In this document: one piece after another, positions 1 to 9,791 of the stretch
How the letters are laid out: every line of letters starts with the position of its first letter
Numbering within the stretch: the stretch's first letter is position 1
DNA from: Polyangiaceae bacterium
GTDB taxonomy: Bacteria > Myxococcota_A > Polyangia > Polyangiales > Polyangiaceae
Assembly (NCBI GenBank): GCA_965222375.1
Contig: CBDCTZ010000016.1
Span: 1,344,001 to 1,408,000, forward strand
Reading direction: 5' to 3'
DNA: 64,000 bases
Position numbers and translations under genes: made by a program
The notes under the pieces: generated by a model
The model's input: the letters and a program-made list of their open reading frames with translations, nothing else
Databases searched by the model: none
What the model was told of the DNA's origin: nothing

Positions 1-2001
1 TCGCCGGTTTTTCACGTTTTCGATCTGGCGTGTTTTCCACGACTTGAAAGCATTGGCGTCTTTGCGAGGGGCGGTGAACCCCAGGTGCAGCATCTGAAAC
101 AGTGTCTCCAGGTCGCTTGGGGACGCCCTTCCCACGAACCCTTCTTCGAGCTCGCCGATTTGTGCACGTGCGGAAACGATCTTGCCCGCGAGAGCCTTGC
201 GCAGCTGCACGGCGTCGAAGGGGCCTACACCGCCCTGACCCACCACCTCATCGGCGAAGCGAGCGGTGGAAAAATCTGCGTCTTTCGTCAGCGAGTGGCC
301 ACCCGGGGAGAATGCGCTCATGAGCACCTGGTCGTTGACGAAGTTGGTGGGCTTGGCGATGACTCGAACACCGTTGTCGAGGGTCCACTCCGTGACGCCT
401 ATTTCGGGTACGGCGCTCGTTTTGGCGATCTTGCCGGGGGTCGGCGCGGCCTCCATCAACGGAACGCTGGGCCCTCGATCGACGTAGGGCGCGATAGTTT
501 GAGCGGCCACTTTTTGTGCTGTGGCCAGCATCGCGCTAGCGGAGGGTTTGACCATTTTCTTCGGCCCGGCCACCACGATGACGCGGCTACCTTTGGCTAG
601 GGTCTTGCCGATCCCGTTCAGCTCCTCCAGCGTGAATGTGGGCAGGAACTTCTCCACGAGCTTCAACTCGGCCTCACGCCCAGGCATGGCCTCGGCCTCC
701 AAGAAGTTGCGCACGATCTCCGCGGCAAATTCTCGCCCGTTGGTCTTGTCCCGTTCTTTGACTGCTTGCTGAAAGAGACGCAGCATTCGAGCCCGCGCGC
801 GGTCGAGTTCGGTTTTGGTGAACCCGTGGCGCTCCACGCGGAGCACTTCTGTGAGCAGCGCCTGGAAACCGCGCTCGACGCCGTCCTCTCTTGTTGCAGC
901 GACTTGACGAAATGTGTCTGCAGTGCGCACCAGACCGCTAGCTGACGAGGCCGCAAACAGAAAAGGTGCGTTGGGCTTGCGACGGATTTCGTCCAGTCGA
1001 GCATTCAGCATCGAGTTGAACAACTGCTCGCCCACGGAGCGCCGGTAATCTCGCGCGCTGCCTTCCGGCCGATGTGGCAGCTTGCTCATGATCGAAACGC
1101 TGGTCCGGGGGAGCTCCGCATCCGTTTCGATACTGACTAGGGTTTCCTTGTGTGATGGCAGGGTTACCGTCGGCCGAGGTCTCGGCTTCTTGGGATTCTT
1201 GAGACTGGCGAATTCTGTCTTGATCTGCGCCTCTATTGCCGCACCGTCGAAGTCGCCGACCGCCACGACAGCCATGAGGTCGGGTCGGTACCAGTCACGG
1301 TAGAATCGTACGAGAGTGTCCCGGGAGGCCTTCTTGAGAATTTCGGGTTTCCCAATGGTGAGGCGCTGCGCGTATTTCGACTTGTGAAAAAGCACGGCGG
1401 CCTGCTTGTCGAATAGTCGCTTTCGCGCTCCGCGACCGAGGCGCCACTCTTCCAGCACGACGCCACGCTCTTTTTCTACCTCTTCGGGGTCGAAGGTGAT
1501 GCCGTCGGCCCAATCGCGGAGTACGCGGATGGATCCCTGAAGCAGCTTCGGCTTGTCCGTGGGAACCTGCAGCATATAGACGGTCTCGTCGAAAGACGTG
1601 TAGGCGTTGAGATCCGCGCCAAACCGGATGCCGGCCTTTTCCAAGAAGTCCACTAGTTGCGTTTTGGGAAAACGCTTCGTGCCGTTGAAACCCATGTGCT
1701 CGACGAAATGCGCGAGCCCCTGCTGGTCATCGTCCTCGAGAACCGAGCCCGCATTGACGACTAGCCAAACCTGAGCGCGTTTCTCGGGCTTCTTGTGAGG
1801 CAGTACATAGTAGGTCAGCCCGTTGTCGAGCTTTCCCTTCGTCAGTCGCGTGTCGAGGGGAAGTGGCTGGTCAAGCGGGTCGACCGGCCCGGTCTTCGAG
1901 GACGGCTGTGCCTCGCCGCTTGGAGGTGTCGATGATGCTGGCGGTGGGCCGCACGCAACGGCGATGGCGACGAGAAGGGTCAGAAGCAGTCGGCGAATCA
2001 T
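1..2001 (-). CDS. M16 family (insulinase/PqqL-like) zinc peptidase, lipoprotein; 3' end runs off the window
   Basis: Read manually; absent from the ORF track because it has no stop in the window. Starts MIRRLLLTLLVAIAVACG (lipobox), then GKLDNGLTYY...AGSVLEDDDQQGLAHFVEHMGFNGT with the inverted zinc motif HxxEH at about 1696-1710, LNAYTSFDETVY and DWYRPDLMAVVAVGD. Confidence 0.93.
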   Translation of the reverse strand, partial: MIRRLLLTLLVAIAVACGPPPASSTPPSGEAQPSSKTGPVDPLDQPLPLDTRLTKGKLDNGLTYYVLPHKKPEKRAQVWLVVNAGSVLEDDDQQGLAHFVEHMGFNGTKRFPKTQLVDFLEKAGIRFGADLNAYTSFDETVYMLQVPTDKPKLLQGSIRVLRDWADGITFDPEEVEKERGVVLEEWRLGRGARKRLFDKQAAVLFHKSKYAQRLTIGKPEILKKASRDTLVRFYRDWYRPDLMAVVAVGDFDGAAIEAQIKTEFASLKNPKKPRPRPTVTLPSHKETLVSIETDAELPRTSVSIMSKLPHRPEGSARDYRRSVGEQLFNSMLNARLDEIRRKPNAPFLFAASSASGLVRTADTFRQVAATREDGVERGFQALLTEVLRVERHGFTKTELDRARARMLRLFQQAVKERDKTNGREFAAEIVRNFLEAEAMPGREAELKLVEKFLPTFTLEELNGIGKTLAKGSRVIVVAGPKKMVKPSASAMLATAQKVAAQTIAPYVDRGPSVPLMEAAPTPGKIAKTSAVPEIGVTEWTLDNGVRVIAKPTNFVNDQVLMSAFSPGGHSLTKDADFSTARFADEVVGQGGVGPFDAVQLRKALAGKIVSARAQIGELEEGFVGRASPSDLETLFQMLHLGFTAPRKDANAFKSWKTRQIENVKNRR

Positions 2002-2126
2002 AGACCTGGACGTAACGCCGATCGGTTCGGACGGCCAGGGCTCTCGGGAGTCGCGGCGGCCCGGCTGGCGCGCAGGGCACGGTGCCGGCCTGTAGCTGGC
2101 AATACTGGAGTGTTGAGCCCCGGCAA

Positions 2127-3107
2127 TCAACTCAGGTCGCCGTCGATTTGCTTTGCTCCACACAGTGCCGCGAGCCGCTCCAGCGCATCACCCAGACGCC
2201 GTTTTTGGGCTCTGGTGACGCGTACCCCGCGCTCCCACCACACAGCATTGACCCGAAGCGAGCGTTCCTCCCGCAAGTACTTCGGGTCAGCCCGACCCAC
2301 GAGGCGATCGCCGTCGAGTATGGGCATCACGTAGTAACCGTACCTGCGTTTCTTCTGCGGGACGAACGCCTCGAAGCGGTAGTCGAAGTCGAAGAGGCGT
2401 GCGGCCCGTGCGCGGTCCCGAAGTATCGGGTCGAATGGACTCAGGAGGCGCGCGCGGCGAGGCGCGTCTGTCAACCGATCGTAGCGCTCGGCGTAGTCCG
2501 GTAGCGCGAGCGCTGGCCGTGGTGGCTGTCCATTCGCCGCGTGCACCTCTACAGCGATGAGGCTGCCGCGAGCCACTTGCCGGTTGCACCAGCGGCGCAC
2601 ATCCTTCAGTGACGCTGTGTCGAAGTAGCGCGATATCTCTGTCGGAGTCGCGATGACGAGACGTGTGATCGCTTCACGGCATGCAAATTCGAGGTGGGCG
2701 CTTGGGGTCGAGGCAGCCACGCGCCACTGTTCGGGCAACGTTTGCTCTGTGAGCTGATACACGCGCTGGAAACCACGCCGCTCTGCGATGGATACCTCCC
2801 CGGTTCGCCATAGGTACTCGAGCGCCGCCTTGCTGGGATCCCAATTCCACCATCCGCCGCCTCTGGCGCTCTTGTCTGGCTCCTTCTCGAAATCGCGCGC
2901 CATGAGTGGCCCCTCGGCTCGCAATCGCGCGCGCACCTTGCGAATGATCCGCTTGGGGTCGGGCCCCATTCGGCGTACGCACCAACTCTTGACCCGGTCT
3001 TGGCGTCGAAATCGAGCGAAACGCACTTTCCAATGCGGATACCACTCCACAGGGATCACGGAGGCATCGTGCGTCCAGTGCTCGAAGAAGCTCCGGTCAC
3101 GCTCGAG
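2127..3107 (-). pseudogene. ycaQ: YcaQ/AlkZ-like (winged-helix, HTH_42) crosslink-repair DNA glycosylase, N-terminally truncated
   Basis: Contains FEHWTHDAS, GWWNW..SKAALEYLW..GE, RRGFQRVY, LLSPFDP and FDYRFEAFVP..KR.YGYYVMPIL.GDRLVGRAD. The N-terminal ~70 aa with the Q-x-D motif are absent. The ORF-track extension to 3314 overlaps the upstream gene in another frame. Confidence 0.7.
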
Positions 3108-3141
3108 CGTGATAAACCGCGGAGCTCCCTGACCCAGTTGC

Positions 3142-3624
3142 TCAGGGCCCCGCGTCGGCGCTCGAGCGATCGGCACACCGCGCCGGAGAACCGCCTCCGC
3201 AGACACACGCCCCACCGGACTTTGATGGCGGATCAGGCACAGCAGTCTCACCGTAGCCGACGAAAGGACAGTAGCAATTGGCCGGCTTGAACACGCAGCT
3301 CGGGTTTGCTTCACACTTCGCCTTGTCGTACTTCGGCTGGGTCTGCTCGCACTTGCCTTTGGGTTTGCGGCATACGTAGCGTGACGGGGCCGTGGCTTCG
3401 AGAATGCAGTGGGTCGCGCGGTAGCACTCGAGCCGCGTCAAGCTTGCACACTCTCTGCTCGTACTGATGGGCGGCTTCTGGTCAGCCTCAGCGCGCTTCG
3501 ACGCCTTCTTGCAGCTCATCCCGAGACCTGCGCACAGCACAAGCGCCAGAAGTCTGATCGCGGACTTGTGCCGGAGCCACGAACTGTCGCTTCTCACGTC
3601 CGCGAGCCTAACAAGATCTGTCAA
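3142..3624 (-). CDS. Cys-rich putative lipoprotein
   Basis: Hydrophobic stretch LLALVLCAGLGMSC followed by a domain with about 12 Cys. Start uncertain. Confidence 0.6.
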   Translation of the reverse strand: MTDLVRLADVRSDSSWLRHKSAIRLLALVLCAGLGMSCKKASKRAEADQKPPISTSRECASLTRLECYRATHCILEATAPSRYVCRKPKGKCEQTQPKYDKAKCEANPSCVFKPANCYCPFVGYGETAVPDPPSKSGGACVCGGGSPARCADRSSADAGP

Positions 3625-3966
3625 CTACGAACGGTCACATGCTGATTTCACCCGCGCGGCTCCCAGCGCCATGCAGCGTCGTTTGACTGGCGACGCAGGT
3701 TCTGCTGGACGCAGAAATAGCCGGAATAATGTGCGTGTTCGCGGTTTTAGTCGCGCAAGAATGAGGGGGGACCCCGGCCTTTCGTCAACGTTTTCGGCCT
3801 TGGGTGCCTGGTTTTGTCGGGACTTGGGCGGTGAGCGCGGATCGCCTCCGAGCGGCCTGACTCTTGCTCGGCGTTGGGCGATGCTTCGACGGATGTCGTC
3901 TGCTCTTGGACACCTGGCCAAGCCAGAGTTGCTGAAACCCCCTCGAGCCTCTCTCGCAGGCCGGCC

Positions 3967-5118
3967 ATGACGAAGGTCTTGATCGCCAAGGAGCGCGCTC
4001 AGGGCGAGACCCGTGTTGCGGCCACTCCCGAGACCGTGGGCAAACTAGTTGGCGCAGGGCTCGTGGTCGTGGTCGAGCGTGGCGCCGGAGATGCGGCCAG
4101 CATGGCTGATACAGCCTACGCGGACGCCGGCGCAGAGAGCGTCGCCGATGACGGTTCAGCGTGGTCGGACGCGGACGCGGTGCTCAAGGTCAGGGCTCCG
4201 ACACAGGCAGAGGTCGATCGCCTGAAGCCCGCTGCCGTGACCGTTTCGTTCTTGGTCCCCTCGGATGATCTGCCGCTCGTGCGGCGAATGGTGGACAAGC
4301 AAGTCACGAGCTTTTCGATGAATCTCGTGCCGCGTATCACCCGCGCGCAGAAGATGGACGCACTGAGTTCTCAAGCCAACATCGGTGGGTACAAAGCTGC
4401 ATTGCTCGCAGCTGCCCAGTTGCCGAAGTACTTCCCCCTGCTCATGACCGCTGCGGGCACCGTCAAGCCAGCGAAGGTCGTGGTGATGGGTGCGGGGGTT
4501 GCCGGCCTGCAGGCAATTGCGACAGCGAGACGCCTTGGCGCGCAAGTTTGGGCTACGGATGTGCGTCTGGCCGCTAAGGAGCAGGTGGAGAGTCTCGGAG
4601 CGAAGTTCATCGACGTGCCTGGCATGGAAGACATGGAGGATGCCGGCGGCTACGCAAAGGCGGCCAGTGCCGAGTTCCTCGAGCGCCAGCGCCAGGTCGT
4701 TGGCGAGCACGTGGCGGAGTCGGATGTGGTGATCACCACCGCACTCGTTCCGGGCAAAAAAGCGCCGATCTTGATTCCGGACGCGTTGCTGCAGCGCATG
4801 CGCCCGGGCTCCGTGGTTGTCGATCTAGCCGCCGAGCAAGGTGGGAACTGCGAGGGGACGGAAGCTGGGAAGACCGTCGTTCGTCACGGCGTGAGCTTGA
4901 TCGGCCCTCGCAACTTGCCCGGCACCGTAGCTGTGCATGCGAGCGAACTCTATGCGCGCAACGTGCTCGCGTTTCTCCAACCCATCGTCAAAGAAGGTCA
5001 GTTGAGCATGGATTTCGATGACGAAGTGCAAGCCCAGTCAGCGGTCACACATGCCGGCGAGGTGCGCCACGCGCCGACCGCGGCCCTGCTCGTCAAAGAG
5101 GAAGGAGGAGAGGAGTGA
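3967..5118 (+). CDS. pntA: NAD(P) transhydrogenase subunit alpha, part 1 (domain I)
   Basis: ETRVAATPE, PRITRAQKMDALSSQANIGGY, GAGVAGLQA, GGYAK, DLAAEQGGNCE. Confidence 0.96.
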   Translation: MTKVLIAKERAQGETRVAATPETVGKLVGAGLVVVVERGAGDAASMADTAYADAGAESVADDGSAWSDADAVLKVRAPTQAEVDRLKPAAVTVSFLVPSDDLPLVRRMVDKQVTSFSMNLVPRITRAQKMDALSSQANIGGYKAALLAAAQLPKYFPLLMTAAGTVKPAKVVVMGAGVAGLQAIATARRLGAQVWATDVRLAAKEQVESLGAKFIDVPGMEDMEDAGGYAKAASAEFLERQRQVVGEHVAESDVVITTALVPGKKAPILIPDALLQRMRPGSVVVDLAAEQGGNCEGTEAGKTVVRHGVSLIGPRNLPGTVAVHASELYARNVLAFLQPIVKEGQLSMDFDDEVQAQSAVTHAGEVRHAPTAALLVKEEGGEE

Positions 5119-5450
5119 GTGCCATCTTCGCAAATGCTGCTGCGTCTGCGCAGACAGCGGTGTCGACGGAAGTCGTCATCTACGGCCTCTACGCGTTCGT
5201 GCTGGCGATGTTCTTGGGCTTCGAGGTCATCACGAAGGTGCCTCCCACGCTCCATACGCCGTTGATGTCGGGCGCAAACGCAATCTCTGGCGTTACACTG
5301 CTCGGCGCGCTCGCCAGCGTTGTGGGCGCAGCAATCACCCGCAGCAACGTGCTTGGCTTTGTTGCAATCGTGCTGGCGACCATCAACGTCGTTGGCGGTT
5401 TCATGGTGACCGACCGGATGCTGAAGATGTTCGGCGGGCCGAAGAAGTGA
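5115..5450 (+). CDS. pntA: NAD(P) transhydrogenase subunit alpha, part 2 (membrane)
   Basis: VPPTLHTPLMSGANAISG and INVVGGFMVTDRMLKMF; GTGA overlap with the upstream gene. Confidence 0.95.
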   Translation: MSAIFANAAASAQTAVSTEVVIYGLYAFVLAMFLGFEVITKVPPTLHTPLMSGANAISGVTLLGALASVVGAAITRSNVLGFVAIVLATINVVGGFMVTDRMLKMFGGPKK

Positions 5451-5478
5451 GCGAGGCGAGTCCATTCCGGGAGCAGCC

Positions 5479-6924
5479 ATGAGCGAACTTCAGCGATTCC
5501 TGATTCACGGCTCCTATCTCATAGCCGCGGCATTGTTCATCTTTGGTCTGCGACGTCTGTCACGAGTCAAGACCGCACGCGGCGGCAACGCCTATGCCGC
5601 GCTGGGAATGCTGATCGCAATCGTGACCACGCTCGTTGCGACCACGAATCTCGGCTGGATTTGGATCGGCACCGGCCTGATCGTGGGCAGCATCATCGGT
5701 GCATTCCTCGCGCGCTGGGTCGAAATGACGAAGATGCCTGAGCTGGTTGCGTTCTTCAACGGCGTGGGCGGCGCGGCGTCGACGGCAGTGGCGCTCGCCT
5801 ACTTCTTCACCATTCCGTTCGGAAACGGTTTCAAACTCTCGGATCGGATTGATGGATACATCATTCTAGTCGTCTATCTCAGCGTCATCATTGGCACGCT
5901 GACCTTGACCGGGAGTTTGATCGCCTTTGGCAAGCTCTCCGGCAGGCTGCCAGGTCGATCGATCTTGATGCCCGGTCGCCACGTCATCAACACTCTCGTC
6001 GCCGTTTCGGTCATCGCTGGGGCGATCGTCGCGTCCTACGTGGTCAGCAGTACAACCCACACGATTACGGGGATGCTCGTCGTCACGGGCCTATCCGCGC
6101 TGTTGGGCGTGCTGCTGGTGATCCCGATTGGTGGCGCCGACATGCCTGTGGTCATTTCCTTGCTCAATTCCTACTCGGGTATTGCTGCATCCATGGCCGG
6201 TTTCGTCTTGATCGTTCAAGATCGGCCAAGCGCGTACATCTTGGTGATCTCCGGCGCACTCGTCGGAGCCGCGGGGCTGATCCTCACCAACCTGATGTGC
6301 AAGGCCATGAATCGCTCGCTAGTCAGTGTGCTCGTCGGCGGATTCGGAGAAACCTCGGCGACGGCAGGTCCGGCAGGCGCAGACGCTTACACTTCGGTCA
6401 AGTCTTTCTCCGCGGAGGAAGCGGCGATGATTCTAGAAGGGGCAGAGCTTGTCATCGTCGTCCCCGGCTACGGACTGGCCGTAGCTCAAGCCCAACATGC
6501 CCTCGGCGAATTGGCACAAGTGCTGGAGAAGCGTGGCACGAAGGTGCACTATGCGATTCACCCAGTGGCTGGCCGAATGCCGGGTCACATGAACGTGCTT
6601 CTCGCCGAGGCGAACATTCCCTACGAGCAGCTGTTTGATCTCGACGAGATCAATTCCGAGTTCAAGAACGCACAGGTGTCGCTCATCGTGGGGGCCAACG
6701 ACGTGGTCAATCCGGCGGCGACGAATGACCCAGCGAGCCCCATCGCTGGTATGCCGATCCTCAATTCCCATGAAGCGCAGAACACCATCGTGATCAAACG
6801 CAGTCTCAGCCCGGGTTATGCGGGTATCAAGAACGAGTTGTTCGAGTACGACAACACGATGATGCTTTTCGCGGACGCCAAGGCGGCCCTGGTGGACATG
6901 ACCCGAGAGGTGAAGGAGCTCTGA
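5479..6924 (+). CDS. pntB: NAD(P) transhydrogenase subunit beta
   Basis: MTKMPELVA, IGGADMPVVISLLNSYSG, VPGYGLAVAQAQH, IHPVAGRMPGHMNVLLAEA, GANDVVNPAA. Confidence 0.97.
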   Translation: MSELQRFLIHGSYLIAAALFIFGLRRLSRVKTARGGNAYAALGMLIAIVTTLVATTNLGWIWIGTGLIVGSIIGAFLARWVEMTKMPELVAFFNGVGGAASTAVALAYFFTIPFGNGFKLSDRIDGYIILVVYLSVIIGTLTLTGSLIAFGKLSGRLPGRSILMPGRHVINTLVAVSVIAGAIVASYVVSSTTHTITGMLVVTGLSALLGVLLVIPIGGADMPVVISLLNSYSGIAASMAGFVLIVQDRPSAYILVISGALVGAAGLILTNLMCKAMNRSLVSVLVGGFGETSATAGPAGADAYTSVKSFSAEEAAMILEGAELVIVVPGYGLAVAQAQHALGELAQVLEKRGTKVHYAIHPVAGRMPGHMNVLLAEANIPYEQLFDLDEINSEFKNAQVSLIVGANDVVNPAATNDPASPIAGMPILNSHEAQNTIVIKRSLSPGYAGIKNELFEYDNTMMLFADAKAALVDMTREVKEL

Positions 6925-6979
6925 GGCCGGTCTTCCATATGTGGTGTAGCCGTGCGCGAGATTCCGTCATAATAACGGA

Positions 6980-7837
6980 ATGCAGCGTTTGATTTGGGTT
7001 GTTGGGTTTGGGGCGGCTTTGTACCTCCCTGCGTGCGGCAGTTCTGATGATGAGTCGGAGGCCACCGGTGGAAGTGCGGGTTCCGGCGCAAGTGCCGGCA
7101 GTGGCGGCTCCGCGGCGGCGGGTGGCGCTGGGGCGAGCGGTGGCAGCGCCGGCCAGACAAGCGGGGGCAGTGCCGGGGCCGCGGGGGGTAGCGCTGGTTC
7201 GGCTGGGAGCGCGGGTCAGGGTGGCTCCGCGGGCTCTAGTGGAGGGTGCGTGGGTACCACGACGTACAGTCTCGAGTTTGACGCAACCTGGAACGCGGCG
7301 ACCCATCCGACGGACTTTCCTTCTTCGGCGCATTGGTCGCCGCTCATTGGTGCGACCCACAATGCGAGCGGCAGCCTCTGGAAGCCTGGCGCTGCGGCAA
7401 GCGCCGGCATGGAGCAAATGGCCGAAACCGGAGGCACGACTACGCTCAAGTCCGAAATCGCGACGGCTCAAGGCCAGGGCACGATGCAACACGTGTTGTC
7501 AGGCAGCGGCGTGAACCCATCGCCAGGCAAAACGAGCTTCGATTTCCAGATCGATGCCAGCCACACGTTGGTCTCCGTCGTGTCCATGATCGCGCCCAGC
7601 CCAGATTGGTACGTGGGCGTTCACGATCTGGACCTCTGCGGGAAGGACGGCAAGTGGCTTCCAAGCACGGTCGTCGATCTACTTCCCTACGATTCAGGCA
7701 CCGACAGCGGCAGCACCTTCACGTCGGCCAATGCGGACACGCAGCCCCCTGGAGTGATCACGGCGATCGTTTCTGCACCCCTCGGCAACGGCAGCACCGT
7801 CGCCAAGATGGGCACATTCACGTTCACCAAAAAGTAG
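6980..7837 (+). CDS. Spondin_N-domain lipoprotein with Gly/Ser/Ala tether
   Basis: Lipobox LPAC and a Gly-rich linker, then TWNAATHPTDFP..AHWSPLIGATH, MIAPSPDWYVG and PYDSGTDSG.TF.S.N. Confidence 0.88.
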   Translation: MQRLIWVVGFGAALYLPACGSSDDESEATGGSAGSGASAGSGGSAAAGGAGASGGSAGQTSGGSAGAAGGSAGSAGSAGQGGSAGSSGGCVGTTTYSLEFDATWNAATHPTDFPSSAHWSPLIGATHNASGSLWKPGAAASAGMEQMAETGGTTTLKSEIATAQGQGTMQHVLSGSGVNPSPGKTSFDFQIDASHTLVSVVSMIAPSPDWYVGVHDLDLCGKDGKWLPSTVVDLLPYDSGTDSGSTFTSANADTQPPGVITAIVSAPLGNGSTVAKMGTFTFTKK

Positions 7838-7875
7838 CGGTTCTGGTTGCTCGAGATCTGCCGCTAATCGGTGGC

Positions 7876-8508
7876 TCAACCCAGTAGATCGACGACGTCT
7901 GCGAAGGAGTCGGCGACCGCCTCGGGGGCGTCCACCTCACCAAATCCGTAGCGGGCGAAAATGAACGGAACTTGGTTGTCCCGGGCGGCTCTCTGGTCGC
8001 CGGCCGTATCTCCCACGAAGGTTGCAGAACGCACGCCATTGCGGCTCATGATGTCCGCGAGGTTCTGCGACTTGCTGTTGCCGGTTCGACCCCAGCACTC
8101 GAAGTCCGCGATGCAGGACTCGACTTGGGCGACCGCCAAGAACGTTTCGATGTACCCCCGCTGGCAATTGCTGACGATCATCAAAGGTAAGCGCTTGCTG
8201 AGTGCGCGCAGCCCATCTACGACGCCCTCGTAGATCACTCCGCCGCGCTCCGCGATGACCAGGTTGTCTTCTTCCATGGTTTCGTCCGAAAGGAGCTGTA
8301 GTTCCGCCTCGGGGAGACCTTGGTACACGGTGCGGATGCACTCGTCGTGGGGACGCCCGGTAACCTGGCGGACGTCTCGAGCAACGACTTCTCGAAACGC
8401 GATCCCATGTCGTTTGGCAACTCGATTCCATGCAATGGCGCAGCTGGCGCTGGTATCCCAAAGGGTACCGTCCAAGTCGAACACGGCCGCGCGCTCAATC
8501 GTCGCCAT
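7876..8508 (-). CDS. HAD-family hydrolase (phosphoglycolate phosphatase-like)
   Basis: FDLDGTLWD (motif I), IVSN, FVGDTAGD, FARYGFG. Confidence 0.9.
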   Translation of the reverse strand: MATIERAAVFDLDGTLWDTSASCAIAWNRVAKRHGIAFREVVARDVRQVTGRPHDECIRTVYQGLPEAELQLLSDETMEEDNLVIAERGGVIYEGVVDGLRALSKRLPLMIVSNCQRGYIETFLAVAQVESCIADFECWGRTGNSKSQNLADIMSRNGVRSATFVGDTAGDQRAARDNQVPFIFARYGFGEVDAPEAVADSFADVVDLLG

Positions 8509-9712
8509 CGTTATTCGCCTCTCGCGTGCCCGCCCTGAGGAAGAAGGTCTCCAGCTTCCCTTTTCCCTTTATCTCGATCTCGCCGCGAGCCTCGATGGCG
8601 TAGGTCGATCCAAGGCAGTCCCGAGTCGAACGGCTCAGATGTATTTCCCCCGGGACGCCGTGGGATTCCAGTCTCGATGCGGTGTTCACCGTATCGCCCC
8701 ACATGTCGTAGGCAAACTTGCGGGTTCCAATGACGCCAGCGACGACCGGACCGGTATTGATACCAATGCGAATCTGAAGATCGTAGCCCGTGCGCTCTCC
8801 TACCTCGGCTACGATTTCACGCATGCGCAGAGCCATTGAGACGATGGCTTCGGCGTGGTCCTTCCGCGGAGTAGGCACTCCGGCAGCCACCATGTAGGCG
8901 TCTCCGATGGTCTTGATCTTCTCGAGCTGCAGTTCGTCCGCAACATGATCGAACGCGGAGAAGACCTCATCGAGTACTTGGACCACCTCCCGCGGACTGA
9001 GCCTGGCTGCAAGCGGCGTGAACCCAACAAGATCTGCAAACAAAATGCTGGCTTCATCGATCGCGTCAGCAATGTGGTGCTCATCTGCACGAAGCCGCTC
9101 CGCTATGGTTCTTGGCAATATGTTGAGGAGAAGCCTCTCGATTTCGGCCTCAGCGTTCGTGATGTCGCGCACGAAAAGCGTGACGATGAGAAACAACGAC
9201 GCGGCCACGAGCATCGTATTGACCCGCGTCGCCCACCAGATGCCCATGGGTGGTACGGCGCCTTGGTTGCCGATCACGCTGAACTCGATCAGCGCCAAGA
9301 GCAGGAAGCTGACTGCCGCATAAGCGTAGCAGAGCACACGCTCGCGCCGCGTGAACAGAATGAAGGGCACGACCGCGACCGCGGCGTACCAACGGTGCGC
9401 GCCAGAAACAGCTCCGTAGTAGACCGTGCAAAGTACCGCCAGGTGCAGATTTGCGTAGATAACCAGAATGTGCCGTGAGGAGCGCGTGTGCGCCGTCGCG
9501 TTGCGCAACAGCACGATCGCAAAAGCGATGAGCCCAACCACGTTCAGCCATGCGGTCTCCGTCGAACCCGACACCAATTGCGCTACCAGCCAGCTCCCGG
9601 CAGCAAACATCCCGAGAAGCGCGGTTGCGTTCGTGAGCTTGATACGCCTCCGGTGCGCGCCATACAGCCTGCGCGTGCCCAGACTGACCAGTATTTCGAG
9701 CGGTCCAAGCAT
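8495..9712 (-). CDS. Membrane-bound class III adenylate/guanylate cyclase
   Basis: About 6 TM helices, then LLLNILP, ILFADLVGFT, EKIKTIGDAYM, RIGINTGPVVAGVIG..KFAYDMWGDTVNTASRLES. The K and D specificity residues are consistent with ATP. Confidence 0.93.
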   Translation of the reverse strand: MLGPLEILVSLGTRRLYGAHRRRIKLTNATALLGMFAAGSWLVAQLVSGSTETAWLNVVGLIAFAIVLLRNATAHTRSSRHILVIYANLHLAVLCTVYYGAVSGAHRWYAAVAVVPFILFTRRERVLCYAYAAVSFLLLALIEFSVIGNQGAVPPMGIWWATRVNTMLVAASLFLIVTLFVRDITNAEAEIERLLLNILPRTIAERLRADEHHIADAIDEASILFADLVGFTPLAARLSPREVVQVLDEVFSAFDHVADELQLEKIKTIGDAYMVAAGVPTPRKDHAEAIVSMALRMREIVAEVGERTGYDLQIRIGINTGPVVAGVIGTRKFAYDMWGDTVNTASRLESHGVPGEIHLSRSTRDCLGSTYAIEARGEIEIKGKGKLETFFLRAGTREANNDGDD

Positions 9713-9791
9713 CTCCAACGACGCTACGGCGCTCAGCAATCCGGAGCAAGTCTAGGCGGCCCGAGCTCGGGCGCTCCTGCTTGCTCGTGCT

